Source: Candidatus Latescibacterota bacterium (lineage in GTDB: Bacteria; Latescibacterota; UBA2968; UBA8231). Taken from it: a DNA stretch of 64,000 bases. The first letter of the stretch is position 1, and every line of letters begins with the position of its first letter. Location: the NCBI GenBank assembly GCA_965248355.1, contig OZ252098.1, positions 960,001-1,024,000 on the forward strand. Reading direction: 5' to 3'. The position numbers and the translations under genes were made by a program. The notes beneath the pieces were generated by a model. The model saw only the letters and a list, made by a program, of their open reading frames with translations. It made no database searches and was not told the origin of the DNA. Shown here one piece after another: positions 9,696-19,216 of this stretch.

Positions 9696-10919
9696 ATGAC
9701 CGACCGGGGTTACGAAGGCTGGCGGCGCAACTTCTACACCCTCTGGGCGGCGGAGCTGACGGCCATCATCGGCTTTCAGGCGATGCAGCCCTTTCTGCCC
9801 TACTACATCCAGGAATTCGAAGTCGGCGACTTGTCCGAGGCCCTGGTCTGGGCGGGTCGCATGGGCACGTCGGCCGGCTTGGCCATGGCGGTTTCCGCGC
9901 CCGTCTGGGGTACCCTCGCCGATCGCTACGGGCGCAAGCCCATGGTCGTGCGCTCCATGCTTGGCGGCGGTCTCAGCGTCGTGCTCATGGCCTACGTGGC
10001 CAGCGTCGAGCTGCTCCTGCTGGCCCGGGTTCTCCAGGGGATCCTCGCCGGCACGGTCACGGCCTGCCTGACCCTGGTCTCCACTTCGACCCCCCGGGCC
10101 CATCTCGGCTTCGCCCTCGGCCTGATGCAGGGCGCCTTCATGCTCGGCGCCTCCGTGGGGCCCCTGGTCGGAGGGCCCATGATCCAGGTCTTCGGCTACC
10201 GGTACTGCTTCCTCGTCTCGGGCGGCCTCGTCGTGCTGGCCGGGCTCTGCGTCCAACTCCAGGTGCGCGAGGACTTCCAACGTTCCCGGTCCGTAGAGAG
10301 TTCCTCGCGCTACCGCCTGCCCGGACGCGACATGGCGCGGCTTCTTTCCATACGTCCCTTCCTGGTGCTCGTGGCGACGGTCACCTCCATGTCCTTCGCC
10401 TTCGGCTTCATCATGCCCGTGGTGCCCCTCTTCCTGCAGAAACTGGCGGGCGGCCGGGACATCCTGTCCCTTGCCGGCCTGATCTTCGGCCTGGGTGGGC
10501 TGGTGGGGGCCTTGTCCTCGGCGGTCATGGGCCGATTCTCCGATCGTCTCGGCCCGCGCCGGGTGCTGGTGGGCGGTCTCTGGGCGGCGGGCGCCATCTA
10601 CTTTGCCCAGGGATTCTCGACCACCGTATGGATGCTCGGGACGCTGGTCATCCTCAATGGCGTGGCCACCGGGTCGGTGCGGCCCGTGGCGAACTCGGTG
10701 CTGACGCGGATCATCGATGAACAGGACCGCGGCAAGGCCTTCGGGGTCATGTCCAGCCTGGCCGCCCTGGGCTGGGCCCTCGGCCCCCTGGCCGGCAGCC
10801 ACCTGGGAGCGGAACTCGGGTTCCGGTCGGTCTTCTACGCGACCTCCGTGCTCTTTCTCATCGTCGGCGGCTGGGCCTGGTTGGCCATGGGCCGTGACCG
10901 GAAAGGATGGAACCGATGA
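9696..10919 (+). CDS. MFS transporter (DHA1/MdtG-like)
   Basis: About 12 hydrophobic segments; WGTLADRYGRKP and GRFSDRLGPRR motif A. Confidence 0.9.
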   Translation: MTDRGYEGWRRNFYTLWAAELTAIIGFQAMQPFLPYYIQEFEVGDLSEALVWAGRMGTSAGLAMAVSAPVWGTLADRYGRKPMVVRSMLGGGLSVVLMAYVASVELLLLARVLQGILAGTVTACLTLVSTSTPRAHLGFALGLMQGAFMLGASVGPLVGGPMIQVFGYRYCFLVSGGLVVLAGLCVQLQVREDFQRSRSVESSSRYRLPGRDMARLLSIRPFLVLVATVTSMSFAFGFIMPVVPLFLQKLAGGRDILSLAGLIFGLGGLVGALSSAVMGRFSDRLGPRRVLVGGLWAAGAIYFAQGFSTTVWMLGTLVILNGVATGSVRPVANSVLTRIIDEQDRGKAFGVMSSLAALGWALGPLAGSHLGAELGFRSVFYATSVLFLIVGGWAWLAMGRDRKGWNR

Positions 10920-11926
10920 GTCGTCCCAGGGTGCTGGTGGATCCCGGACCGTATGCGACCGAGGAGGACTGGAAGCGGCTGGAGGAGGTGGCCGAGGTGG
11001 TGCGCGTCACCGAGGAGCGGGACGAAGCCGGCCTGATCGATGATCTGGATGGATGCGCCGGCCTGATCGCGCAGGGGGGGAGACTTCCGCCGCTCACCGA
11101 GACGGTCTTCCGCGCCCGTGCCGGACTGCGGATCGTCGGTGTACGGGGGGATCGTTTCGGCACCGGGGTCGATCTGCCGGCGGCTCACGAGCAGGGCGTG
11201 CGCGTCATCGATACCGACAATATCTCCTCCGCGCCTCCCGTGGCCGAATGGGACCTGGCCATGATGCTGATCTGCCTGCGAAACGCCGGCGCCGTGTACC
11301 GGCAGATGATGGCCGGCACCGAGACCTGGGCCGTGGCCGGCAACCAGGGGTTCGTCCACGGCGAGTTGACCGGGAAGCGCGTGGGCCTCGTAGGCTGCGG
11401 GCACGTCGGGCAGCGCCTGATCGAGTTGCTGGCGCCCTTCCGCGTCGACCTGCTGGTCAGCGATCCCTATCTGGAGGAGGAGGTCGCCGGGCGGCTGCGG
11501 ATCCGCCGGGGCCGCCTGGAGGAGGTCCTCGACCACGCCGAGATCCTCGTGGTGCAGGTGCCGCACACACCGAGGACGGAGGGACTCATCGGCGCCGCCG
11601 AGCTGGAGCGGCTGGGCGACGGCAGGATCCTCGTCAACTGCAGCCGGGGCAAGGTGATCGACCAGCAGGCGTTGATCGCGCGGCTGCAGACGGGGCGGCT
11701 CATCGCCGGACTGGACGTCTTCGACCCCGAGCCCCTGCCCGCCGACAGCGTCCTGCGCCGCCTGCCCAACGTGTTCTGCACCCCGCATATCGCCTGGTAC
11801 GCGCCCCACGTCTTCTACCGCTACTTCGGCAGTCTCGTGGACGAGTTCGTTCGCTTCTTCATCGGGGGCGAGCTGCGCTGCGAGTTGACCCAACGGATGG
11901 TGGACATCCGGCACGGCCGGCTGTAG
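10916..11926 (+). CDS. D-isomer-specific 2-hydroxyacid dehydrogenase
   Basis: GLVGCGHVG, NCSRG, LDVFDPEP, TPHIA; ATGA overlap with the MFS stop. Confidence 0.9.
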   Translation: MSRPRVLVDPGPYATEEDWKRLEEVAEVVRVTEERDEAGLIDDLDGCAGLIAQGGRLPPLTETVFRARAGLRIVGVRGDRFGTGVDLPAAHEQGVRVIDTDNISSAPPVAEWDLAMMLICLRNAGAVYRQMMAGTETWAVAGNQGFVHGELTGKRVGLVGCGHVGQRLIELLAPFRVDLLVSDPYLEEEVAGRLRIRRGRLEEVLDHAEILVVQVPHTPRTEGLIGAAELERLGDGRILVNCSRGKVIDQQALIARLQTGRLIAGLDVFDPEPLPADSVLRRLPNVFCTPHIAWYAPHVFYRYFGSLVDEFVRFFIGGELRCELTQRMVDIRHGRL

Positions 11927-12003
11927 CTCCGCGGAGTACACGAAGAAGGGGAGGCGCTCCCGGGCTTCCGGGAACGCCTCCCCTGTGATGAAAGGCCGCG
12001 GAC

Positions 12004-12987
12004 TCAGCGCTTCCTGGCCTTCGCCTTGCCCTTCGCCTTTGCGGCCTTCCGCCCTTTGGCTGACTTCTTCGCCGCCTTGGATCTGGCCCAGGCGCGGCCG
12101 GGGAAGGTGAGCTCGGCAACGCCGGACTTGTCGAGCTCGCCCTTGCCCAGGGCGATCATGCGGTCGAACTGGGCCTTCGTCCGGCGCGCCAGGGGCAGGT
12201 CCAGGCCTTTCTGCCGGGCCAGGCCCAGGGCGATGCCGGAGTCCTTGGCCGCGTGAGCGGCGGAGAAGTAGCACTCGTGGTCGCGGGCGACCATGTCCTC
12301 GCCGTCCGTCTCCAGGACGCGGGAGTTGGCGCCGGTCTGGGAGAACACCTCCATCAGGATCCCCAGATCGAGGCCCAGTGCCTTGCCGAGCCCCAACCCT
12401 TCGGCGAGTCCGGCGGTGTTGATGTTCATCACCATGTTGACCAAGGCCTTCACCTGGGCCGCCTGGCCGGTGGAGCCGATGTAGCGCAGATTGACGCTCA
12501 TGCTGTCGAGGAGCGGGTGGCAGCGGTCGAAGACGCTCTGCTGGCCGCCGCACATCAGGTACAGGGTCCCGTCGCGCGCCTGGGTGATGGAGCTGGCCAT
12601 GCAGCCTTCGAGGGTGCTGGCTCCCGCCTTGGCCGCCCGTTTCTCCACCAGCACGTGCGTGTCGGGTGAGATGGTGGCGCAGTTGATGAAGGTCTTGCCC
12701 GCGGCGCCCTGCAGGAGGCTGTCGCCGCGCTCCGCGAAGATCGACTTCATGGCGCGGTCGTCGGTGACCACGGTGATGATGTAGTCCGCGGAGGCTGCGA
12801 CGTCGGCCAGCTTCGAGGCGGCCCTGGCTTCCAGCTCTCTCGCGACGGAGGCCGCCAGCCGCGCGTGGACGTCGTAGACGACGGTGACGGGGAAGCCGTC
12901 GTCCTTCAGGTGGCGGGCGATGTTGGCGCCCATGCGGCCCACTCCGACGACTCCCACGGAGTAGTCGGCCTTGTTCAGGCTTGGCAT
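12004..12987 (-). CDS. NAD(P)-dependent beta-hydroxyacid dehydrogenase (3-hydroxyisobutyrate dehydrogenase family)
   Basis: VGVVGVGRMG, GTLYLMCGG, KALVN, AAKD; Lys/Ala-rich tail. Confidence 0.88.
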   Translation of the reverse strand: MPSLNKADYSVGVVGVGRMGANIARHLKDDGFPVTVVYDVHARLAASVARELEARAASKLADVAASADYIITVVTDDRAMKSIFAERGDSLLQGAAGKTFINCATISPDTHVLVEKRAAKAGASTLEGCMASSITQARDGTLYLMCGGQQSVFDRCHPLLDSMSVNLRYIGSTGQAAQVKALVNMVMNINTAGLAEGLGLGKALGLDLGILMEVFSQTGANSRVLETDGEDMVARDHECYFSAAHAAKDSGIALGLARQKGLDLPLARRTKAQFDRMIALGKGELDKSGVAELTFPGRAWARSKAAKKSAKGRKAAKAKGKAKARKR

Positions 12988-13162
12988 CTTTCTCGTGGCT
13001 CCTGGCTCACAGGTGCGGTGGGAGGGGGGGGGATCCGGGGGCCGGGAAGATAACTTTCCCCTGTACGGGGCACAACGAGACGAAGCCCTGCGGCTCGAGT
13101 CCCGCCGACCGCCGCCCAGATCCATCTGGACACTCGGAAAGGTCCCGGTTACCTTAGCCGCC

Positions 13163-13966
13163 ATGAAGATCGGACCCACACAGATCATCCTGCCGGACAT
13201 GAGCCTGGAGGGCACCCTCTCCCTGTGCGCCGAGGCCGGGTACGACGCGGTGGAGCTCACCTTTACGGCGTCGGGCAAGGACCTGAACGTCGAGATGAGC
13301 GACGACGAGCTCGCCGCCGTGGCCAGCCGCTGTGCCGAGGCCGGGGTCACCATCGCCGCCTCGATCGCGCACTACGCGGACCGCGGCAACCTGATGAGCC
13401 GCGACCCGGCCGAGCGCCGGGCCTGCAGCCGATGCCTGGCCCGCTCCGTCGAGATCGCCGGCCGGATCGGCACCGACGCCGTCCTCCTGCATCCGGGGCA
13501 GCTTCAGGTGGAGGGGACCTATTCGGAGGCCTGGGACGATCTCGTGGGGGCCCTGCGGGACCTGGCGCCGCTGGCCGAGCGCCACCGGGCGGCGATCGCC
13601 GTGGAGAACGTGTGGAACAAGCTCATGCTCAGCCCCCGGGAGGCGGTTCAGCTGACCGACGAGGTCGGCAGTGACTGGGTCGGAATCTATCTCGATACGG
13701 CGAACATGATGGCCTACGGATACCCCGAGCACTGGATCCGGGATCTCGGGGGCCGCATCAAGAAGGTGCACCTGAAGGACTTCGACCGGGGCAGCGGGAG
13801 GTTCGTCGACCTGATGGACGGAGATACCGACTGGCCGACGGTGATCGCCGGGCTGCGGGCCATAGGCTACGACGGCACCCTGATCCACGAGGTCGGCGGT
13901 GATCGGTCCAAGCAGTTCGAGATGGCCCGGCGCATGCGCCGCATCCTGACCGGTGAGAGGACGTGA
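13163..13966 (+). CDS. Sugar phosphate isomerase/epimerase (xylose-isomerase-like TIM barrel)
   Basis: GYDAVE, AVENVWN, YLDTAN, VHLKDF, GYDG-x3-HE. Confidence 0.88.
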   Translation: MKIGPTQIILPDMSLEGTLSLCAEAGYDAVELTFTASGKDLNVEMSDDELAAVASRCAEAGVTIAASIAHYADRGNLMSRDPAERRACSRCLARSVEIAGRIGTDAVLLHPGQLQVEGTYSEAWDDLVGALRDLAPLAERHRAAIAVENVWNKLMLSPREAVQLTDEVGSDWVGIYLDTANMMAYGYPEHWIRDLGGRIKKVHLKDFDRGSGRFVDLMDGDTDWPTVIAGLRAIGYDGTLIHEVGGDRSKQFEMARRMRRILTGERT

Positions 13967-14691
13967 GCGGGATCTATCTGAGGAACTGGCGCGACTTCCA
14001 GCCGAAGATCGCCCATCTGAGCGCCGTCCACTGGGGCGGGCTCAGGTCCGCGGAGAGGGACTCCGAGGACGACCGCGACCGGCTCGAGCGGCTGGGTGGC
14101 TTCGCCCGGCACGCGCTCCAGGGCCGGAAGACCTCCGATCATCACAAGCACCAGAACCAGGAGCAGGTCTACTACGTGCTGTCAGGGGCGGGAGAGGTGC
14201 TCTACGACCGACGCCGGTACGCGGTGGAGGCCGGCGACGCCATCTACCTGCCCTCCGGCGTCCACCACCAGATGTTCAACGACGCCAGCGACGACTGGCT
14301 CGAGCATCACGTGATCTCGCAGCCGGTGGACGGCAACGGTGGACGCTTCTGCGTCCGCCACTGGCGGCAGGCGGCTCCCGCCGGCGATGGGAGCGGCGCC
14401 GTGCGCTGGCGGCAGCTGGGCCCGGAAGACGGCCAGGGCCCGGGGGCCTGTCTGCGCGGCATGGCCTCCATCGACCGCTGGGCGGTACAACCGCGCAGCG
14501 CCAGCGCCGAGCACGTCGAGGAGGAACTGGAACTGGTCTGCTATGTGCTCGGCGGCCGTGGCATGTTGCACGCGGCCGGATCGGAGCACGAGGTCACCGA
14601 GGGCGATATGATCCACCTGCCGCCGGGCACCCGGCATGGCGTGCGCAATCCCCACGATGAGTGGGTGGCCTACCTCGTGATGGCCGCCTGA
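13963..14691 (+). CDS. Bicupin protein
   Basis: Two cupin halves: HKHQNQEQVYYVLSG...GDAIYLP-x3-HH and ELELVCYVLGG...GDMIHLPPG-x2-H. Confidence 0.8.
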   Translation: MSGIYLRNWRDFQPKIAHLSAVHWGGLRSAERDSEDDRDRLERLGGFARHALQGRKTSDHHKHQNQEQVYYVLSGAGEVLYDRRRYAVEAGDAIYLPSGVHHQMFNDASDDWLEHHVISQPVDGNGGRFCVRHWRQAAPAGDGSGAVRWRQLGPEDGQGPGACLRGMASIDRWAVQPRSASAEHVEEELELVCYVLGGRGMLHAAGSEHEVTEGDMIHLPPGTRHGVRNPHDEWVAYLVMAA

Positions 14692-14692
14692 G

Positions 14693-14923
14693 ATGCCCCC
14701 GGAAACGGCTGAGTTGCATCGAGCCCTCAAGGGGTTGATGGCCGCCATCTCCAGCGGCGACGGAGAGGCCCTGCGCAGAGGCCTCGCGGAAGTCGACCGC
14801 CGACGCGACGCTCTGGGCGAGGACGCCCCGTCGATGCTACGGCACTACCTCGAGAGGCGCAGTTACGAGAAGGCCATCGCCTTTCTCGAGGGTCGTGACG
14901 GGAGCGTCGGGGCCGAGGGCTGA
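14693..14923 (+). CDS. Small hypothetical protein
   Basis: 76-aa helical-looking ORF 1 nt after the cupin stop; LRHYLERRSYEKAIAFLE. Confidence 0.65.
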   Translation: MPPETAELHRALKGLMAAISSGDGEALRRGLAEVDRRRDALGEDAPSMLRHYLERRSYEKAIAFLEGRDGSVGAEG

Positions 14924-15281
14924 GCAACAGTCCCGAGGGCGACCGGCCCTGTCCTCCCACCGAACCGCCACCACATCGCGCTGGCAGGAGTTCTACGCGG
15001 TCATCGCCCGCATTCCCCCGGGTCGGGTGGCCACCTACGGCCAGATCGCCAGCCTGGCGGGCTACCGGGGCCATGCGCGCCAGGTCGGTTATGCCCTGGC
15101 GGCCGATCCGGCCGACCCGTCCGACCTCCCCTGGCATCGAGTCCTCAACGCCCGCGGGGAGGTCTCGCCGAGGGCCCGCTCCCGGGCTCATGAGCACCAG
15201 CAGGCGCTGCTCCAGGAGGAAGGGGTCGAGTTCGTGAATGGCCGGGTCGACCTGGGGCGCTTCGGCTGGGAGGGCTGGTGA
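14895..15281 (+). CDS. Alkyltransferase-like (ATL/YbaZ, MGMT family) protein
   Basis: IPPGRVATYGQIA, ARQVG, PWHRV (Trp at the Cys acceptor position); start uncertain. Confidence 0.88.
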   Translation: MTGASGPRAEQQSRGRPALSSHRTATTSRWQEFYAVIARIPPGRVATYGQIASLAGYRGHARQVGYALAADPADPSDLPWHRVLNARGEVSPRARSRAHEHQQALLQEEGVEFVNGRVDLGRFGWEGW

Positions 15282-16645
15282 AAGACCGGGCCCCGGGGCG
15301 GACTCTCGACCGGCCGATCCTGCGCCTGGCGATTCCCGGTCTGCTGGCATCCGTATCCGTGCCCCTCATCGGGATCGCGGATACGGCCATGATCGGCCAT
15401 CTCCCCGAGGTGGCTCTGCTCGGTGCGGTGGCCACTGCCAGCGTGCTCTTCGACTTCATGTTCTGGAGCGCCGGCTTCCTGCGCATGGGGACGACGTCGA
15501 TCGTCTCCCAGCATCAGGGCGCCGGGGACCCTTCCGGCAGCGCCGCCGCTCTCTACCGCTCCCTGCTGCTCGCCGCCGCCCTCGGCCTGGTCGCCCTGTC
15601 GATGCGAGGTCCGATTTCCGAGGTCGGTTTCACTCTGGTGGGGGGGTCGGAACAGGTACAGCTCTGGGGGCGGGCCTACTTCGATGTGCGCGTGCTCAGC
15701 GTGCCCCTGGTCCTGGCAACCATGGTCCTCAACGGGTTCTTCCTCGGCTCGGCCAATGCCTGGGCCCCACTTGTGGTGACCGTGGTGACCAATGTCGTCA
15801 ACATCGGCGCCGACTACGCCCTGATCTTCGGTCACTGGGGAGCGCCCGAGCTCGGTGTCATCGGTGCGGCCTGGGCCTCGGTGCTGGCCAGCGCCACCGG
15901 GCTCGCCGTGGGTGGGGCCGTTCTCCTCTTCCTCTATCGAGGGACGATCTTCGGCTCCAGACCCCAGGCCCTGTTCGACACGGAGAGGCTGAGGCACATG
16001 CTCTCCACGAACCTCAATCTCTGCGGCCGCACCCTGTGCCTGTTGTTCGCCCAGTTCCTCATGATAGGGCTGGTGTCACGAATGGGGGAGGTGCCGCTGG
16101 CGGCGCACGCCGTCGTCTGGCAGCTGTGGTCCCTGGTCAGCTACGGAGTGGACGGCTTCGCCCACGCCGCCGAGGCCCTGGTGGGCAACCGGCTCGGGGC
16201 CGGCGATCCGCTGCTGGCCCGGCGGTACGCACGGCGGATCCTCACTTGGGGCGGGGGGATCGGACTGATGTTCAGCGGCATCTACGCCGTCGGCCTCGGG
16301 CGGATCGCCGGCTGGTTCACCCCGCACACCGAGGTTGTCGCCGCCGCCGCGTCCCTCAGCGTCGTGATCGCCCTCGTGCAGCCCCTGAATGCGTTGGTCT
16401 TCGTGCTCGACGGGATCTTCATCGGGGCCAACGACACGGCCTTTTTGTTCCGGGCCATGGCGCTGGCCGCCTTCGCCGGGTTCGTCCCCGCGGCGATCGT
16501 GCTCGTGGTCTTTCTCGAGGGCGGGCTGCTCTCCGCCTGGGGCGCCTACGTCCTCCTCATGGTCGGGCGTTTTCTGCCGCTCGCCCGGAGATACCGCAGC
16601 CAGGATTGGCTGCGCACCTTTCTGCCCACTTCCGCGGGAGACTGA
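15278..16645 (+). CDS. MATE family efflux transporter (DinF-like)
   Basis: ILRLAIP, DTAMIGHL, GFLRMGTT, LGVIGAAWAS, DGFAHAAEALVG. Confidence 0.92.
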   Translation: MKDRAPGRTLDRPILRLAIPGLLASVSVPLIGIADTAMIGHLPEVALLGAVATASVLFDFMFWSAGFLRMGTTSIVSQHQGAGDPSGSAAALYRSLLLAAALGLVALSMRGPISEVGFTLVGGSEQVQLWGRAYFDVRVLSVPLVLATMVLNGFFLGSANAWAPLVVTVVTNVVNIGADYALIFGHWGAPELGVIGAAWASVLASATGLAVGGAVLLFLYRGTIFGSRPQALFDTERLRHMLSTNLNLCGRTLCLLFAQFLMIGLVSRMGEVPLAAHAVVWQLWSLVSYGVDGFAHAAEALVGNRLGAGDPLLARRYARRILTWGGGIGLMFSGIYAVGLGRIAGWFTPHTEVVAAAASLSVVIALVQPLNALVFVLDGIFIGANDTAFLFRAMALAAFAGFVPAAIVLVVFLEGGLLSAWGAYVLLMVGRFLPLARRYRSQDWLRTFLPTSAGD

Positions 16646-16646
16646 C

Positions 16647-17021
16647 ATGTCCTTCATCCGAGCCGATGACCTGCCCCGGCTTGAGCTGTTCCCAAAGGCC
16701 CTGAGCGGCATCGTTCAGGGCGAGCAGCTGATGCTCTCCTTTCTCGAGCTGGCCCCCGGATGCCGGATCCCGGAACACAGCCATCCCCACGAGCAGGCTG
16801 GACTGGTGCTGTCGGGCCGGCTGCGGTTCCGGATCGGGGATGAGGAGAGGCTGGTCGGTGCCGGGGACGCCTTCCTGATTCCGCCGAACGTCGTCCACGA
16901 AGGAGAGGTGACCGGCTCCGAGGACTGCCGGATCCTCGATATCTTCAGCCCGCCCCGGGAGGACTACGCGGAGCGCTACAACCGCTACACCGAGACCTCC
17001 GGGGAGACCCGCTGGCGGTGA
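16647..17021 (+). CDS. Cupin domain protein
   Basis: PEHSHPHEQAG...IPPNVVH...DIFSPPREDY. Confidence 0.88.
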   Translation: MSFIRADDLPRLELFPKALSGIVQGEQLMLSFLELAPGCRIPEHSHPHEQAGLVLSGRLRFRIGDEERLVGAGDAFLIPPNVVHEGEVTGSEDCRILDIFSPPREDYAERYNRYTETSGETRWR

Positions 17022-17097
17022 GCGGGGGCATCTTGTGCCGCCACACTCGAATGCAGAGGATTGACGGGGACCGCAACCGCAACCGAGGAGACCCGCC

Positions 17098-18045
17098 TTG
17101 AGCAGCCGAGAACTGACTCCCGCAGACTGCCACGATGTCCTCGTAGTGGCCATCACGCCCCGTAGACCCGACGGCTCCGTCGACCTGGATGGCGTGCACG
17201 GCAACGTGACCCACCTGATCGACGGCGGAGCCCGCTTCCTCATGCCCATGTGCGGCACCGGCCTGGTCTACGACGCCACTCTGGACGAGTTCGAAACGGT
17301 GACCGGCGCCTTCGTCGACGCCGCCGCCGGCCGGGCCCTGGTGGTGCCCGGCATCGGGCCCGGATACGGCCGGGCCCTGGAGATGGCCGCCATCGGTCGC
17401 GGCCTGGGCGTGGCCGGCGCCATGATCATGCCCATCGTGGGCCCGGCCTCCCCGGCAGGGGTATCGGAAGGCCTCGGCCGCATCGCAGAGCGCGCCGGCT
17501 TCCCCGTCGTGCTCTACCAGCGCCGGCTCGACATCATGCCCGTGGACCGCGTCGTCGACCTGTGCCATCGAGACGACGTGGCAGGGTTGAAGTACGCCGT
17601 CGACGATGTCCTGGCCTTTCGCCGGATCGTCGATCGGGCTGGGTCGGCCTGCGCAATGGTCTGCGGCATGGCCGAGGATCCCAGCGTCGAGTACCTGCGC
17701 GCAGGGGCCGTCGGCTTCAGCTCGGGCATGGCGAATTTCGTGCCTCGCCTGGGCCTGAACCTGCTCGCTGCCTATCGCCGGGGGGACGTGGACGAGGCGG
17801 AGAGGCTGCGGCGGATGATGGTTCCCTTCGAGGATCTGCGCGGGGAGAGCGGCGCCCGATACTCCGGCTCGGCCCTGCATGCGGCCATGGACTACACGGG
17901 GCTCGCCGGGGGGCCCGTGATTCCCTTCGCCGAGGACGTGGAGGCCGCGGATCTGCCGCGCCTCCACGAGCTGATGGATCTCCTGCTGACCGAAGAGGCC
18001 CGCCTGCGGGGTGATTCGGCCGCCGGCGGCGGTGGCGCCGGGTGA
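17098..18045 (+). CDS. Dihydrodipicolinate synthase family lyase/dehydratase
   Basis: CGTG, VVLY, Schiff-base GLKYA, GFSSG; TTG start after GAGGAG. Confidence 0.85.
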   Translation: MSSRELTPADCHDVLVVAITPRRPDGSVDLDGVHGNVTHLIDGGARFLMPMCGTGLVYDATLDEFETVTGAFVDAAAGRALVVPGIGPGYGRALEMAAIGRGLGVAGAMIMPIVGPASPAGVSEGLGRIAERAGFPVVLYQRRLDIMPVDRVVDLCHRDDVAGLKYAVDDVLAFRRIVDRAGSACAMVCGMAEDPSVEYLRAGAVGFSSGMANFVPRLGLNLLAAYRRGDVDEAERLRRMMVPFEDLRGESGARYSGSALHAAMDYTGLAGGPVIPFAEDVEAADLPRLHELMDLLLTEEARLRGDSAAGGGGAG

Positions 18046-19160
18046 GCGGGGAGGGCTCTCCGGTACGGGTCGGCCTGGTCGGCCTCGGCGGCGTCTGCGA
18101 GAGGGTCCACTACCCGGGACTGTCCCGCATCCAGGACGTGGAGATCACCGCCCTGTGCGATGTGGACGAGGAGCGGCTCGCCCGCAGAGCGCGGGAGTGG
18201 GGAGTCGAGACCTGCCACGCCGTCCTGGATGACTTCGCGCGCGGCTCCCAGGTCGACGCCGTGGTCATCGCCACCCCCAATCACCAGCACCGGCAGTTGA
18301 TCGAGGCTGCCCTCGATGCCGGTCTGCACGTGCTGTGCGAGAAGCCCTTGGGAATGGACCTGCCCGAGGCCGTGGCGATCTACCGCGCCGCCGCCGACTC
18401 CGGGCGGCGGCACATGACGGCCTTCACCTACCGCTTCGTTCCGGCCATGGCCTACCTGAAGTGGTTGGTGGAGGCGGGGCACCTCGGCCAGATCCGCCAC
18501 GCCCGGATCCAGCGGCTTCAGGATTGGGGTGAGGCAGCCATCGGCTGGCGCCAGTACCGACGTCTGGCCGGACTCGGCGAACTGGGGGACATGGGCATCC
18601 ATCGCATCGATTACGCCGAGGATCTGATGGGGCCGATCCGCTCGGTGTGCGCCTCCATGAAGCAGCTGGCGTCCCGGGATCGGACCCCCGACGGAGAGGT
18701 CTGCCCACCCCAGGACGTGGAGGACTGGGTCGCCTGGATCGCCGACTTCGAGAGCGGTGCCACCTGCGTCTTCGAGATGGGCAAGCTGTCCAAGGGGCGC
18801 GGTCCCCGCGGCGATCACGATCTGGCGGAGATCAACGGTACGGAGGCGTCCGCGGTCTACCAGCTCGACCGACCCCACGAGATCCTCTTCGCACCGAGAG
18901 GAGAACCTTACCAGGTCCGTCCGGTGCCTCCGTCCTTTCTGACCAGGCCGGGATCGCCTCGGGATCCAGCCCAGGGAGATCCGGACATCGCCTTCCGCTA
19001 CGACCAGGCCTGGGAGTTCATCACCGCCATCCGCGAGTCCCGGGACTGCGTGCCTTCCTTCTACCACGGCATGCGTGCCCAGGCCGTGGCCGAGGCGGTC
19101 GTGGAAGCCGCACGGGAGCGCCGGTGGATCGATGTTCCGGAGGTGCCCGCACAGGCCTGA
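18042..19160 (+). CDS. Gfo/Idh/MocA family oxidoreductase
   Basis: VGLVGLG, HVLCEKP, GDMGIHRID. Confidence 0.92.
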   Translation: MSGEGSPVRVGLVGLGGVCERVHYPGLSRIQDVEITALCDVDEERLARRAREWGVETCHAVLDDFARGSQVDAVVIATPNHQHRQLIEAALDAGLHVLCEKPLGMDLPEAVAIYRAAADSGRRHMTAFTYRFVPAMAYLKWLVEAGHLGQIRHARIQRLQDWGEAAIGWRQYRRLAGLGELGDMGIHRIDYAEDLMGPIRSVCASMKQLASRDRTPDGEVCPPQDVEDWVAWIADFESGATCVFEMGKLSKGRGPRGDHDLAEINGTEASAVYQLDRPHEILFAPRGEPYQVRPVPPSFLTRPGSPRDPAQGDPDIAFRYDQAWEFITAIRESRDCVPSFYHGMRAQAVAEAVVEAARERRWIDVPEVPAQA

Positions 19161-19216
19161 CTGACACGGGGCCCGCCGGGCCGAGCCGCCGTGCGGTCCC
19201 GGACCCCAGCCTGCCC

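Noticed and set aside
14895..15281. MGMT lacking its acceptor Cys as a novelty
   Set aside because: PWHRV defines the well-known ATL family
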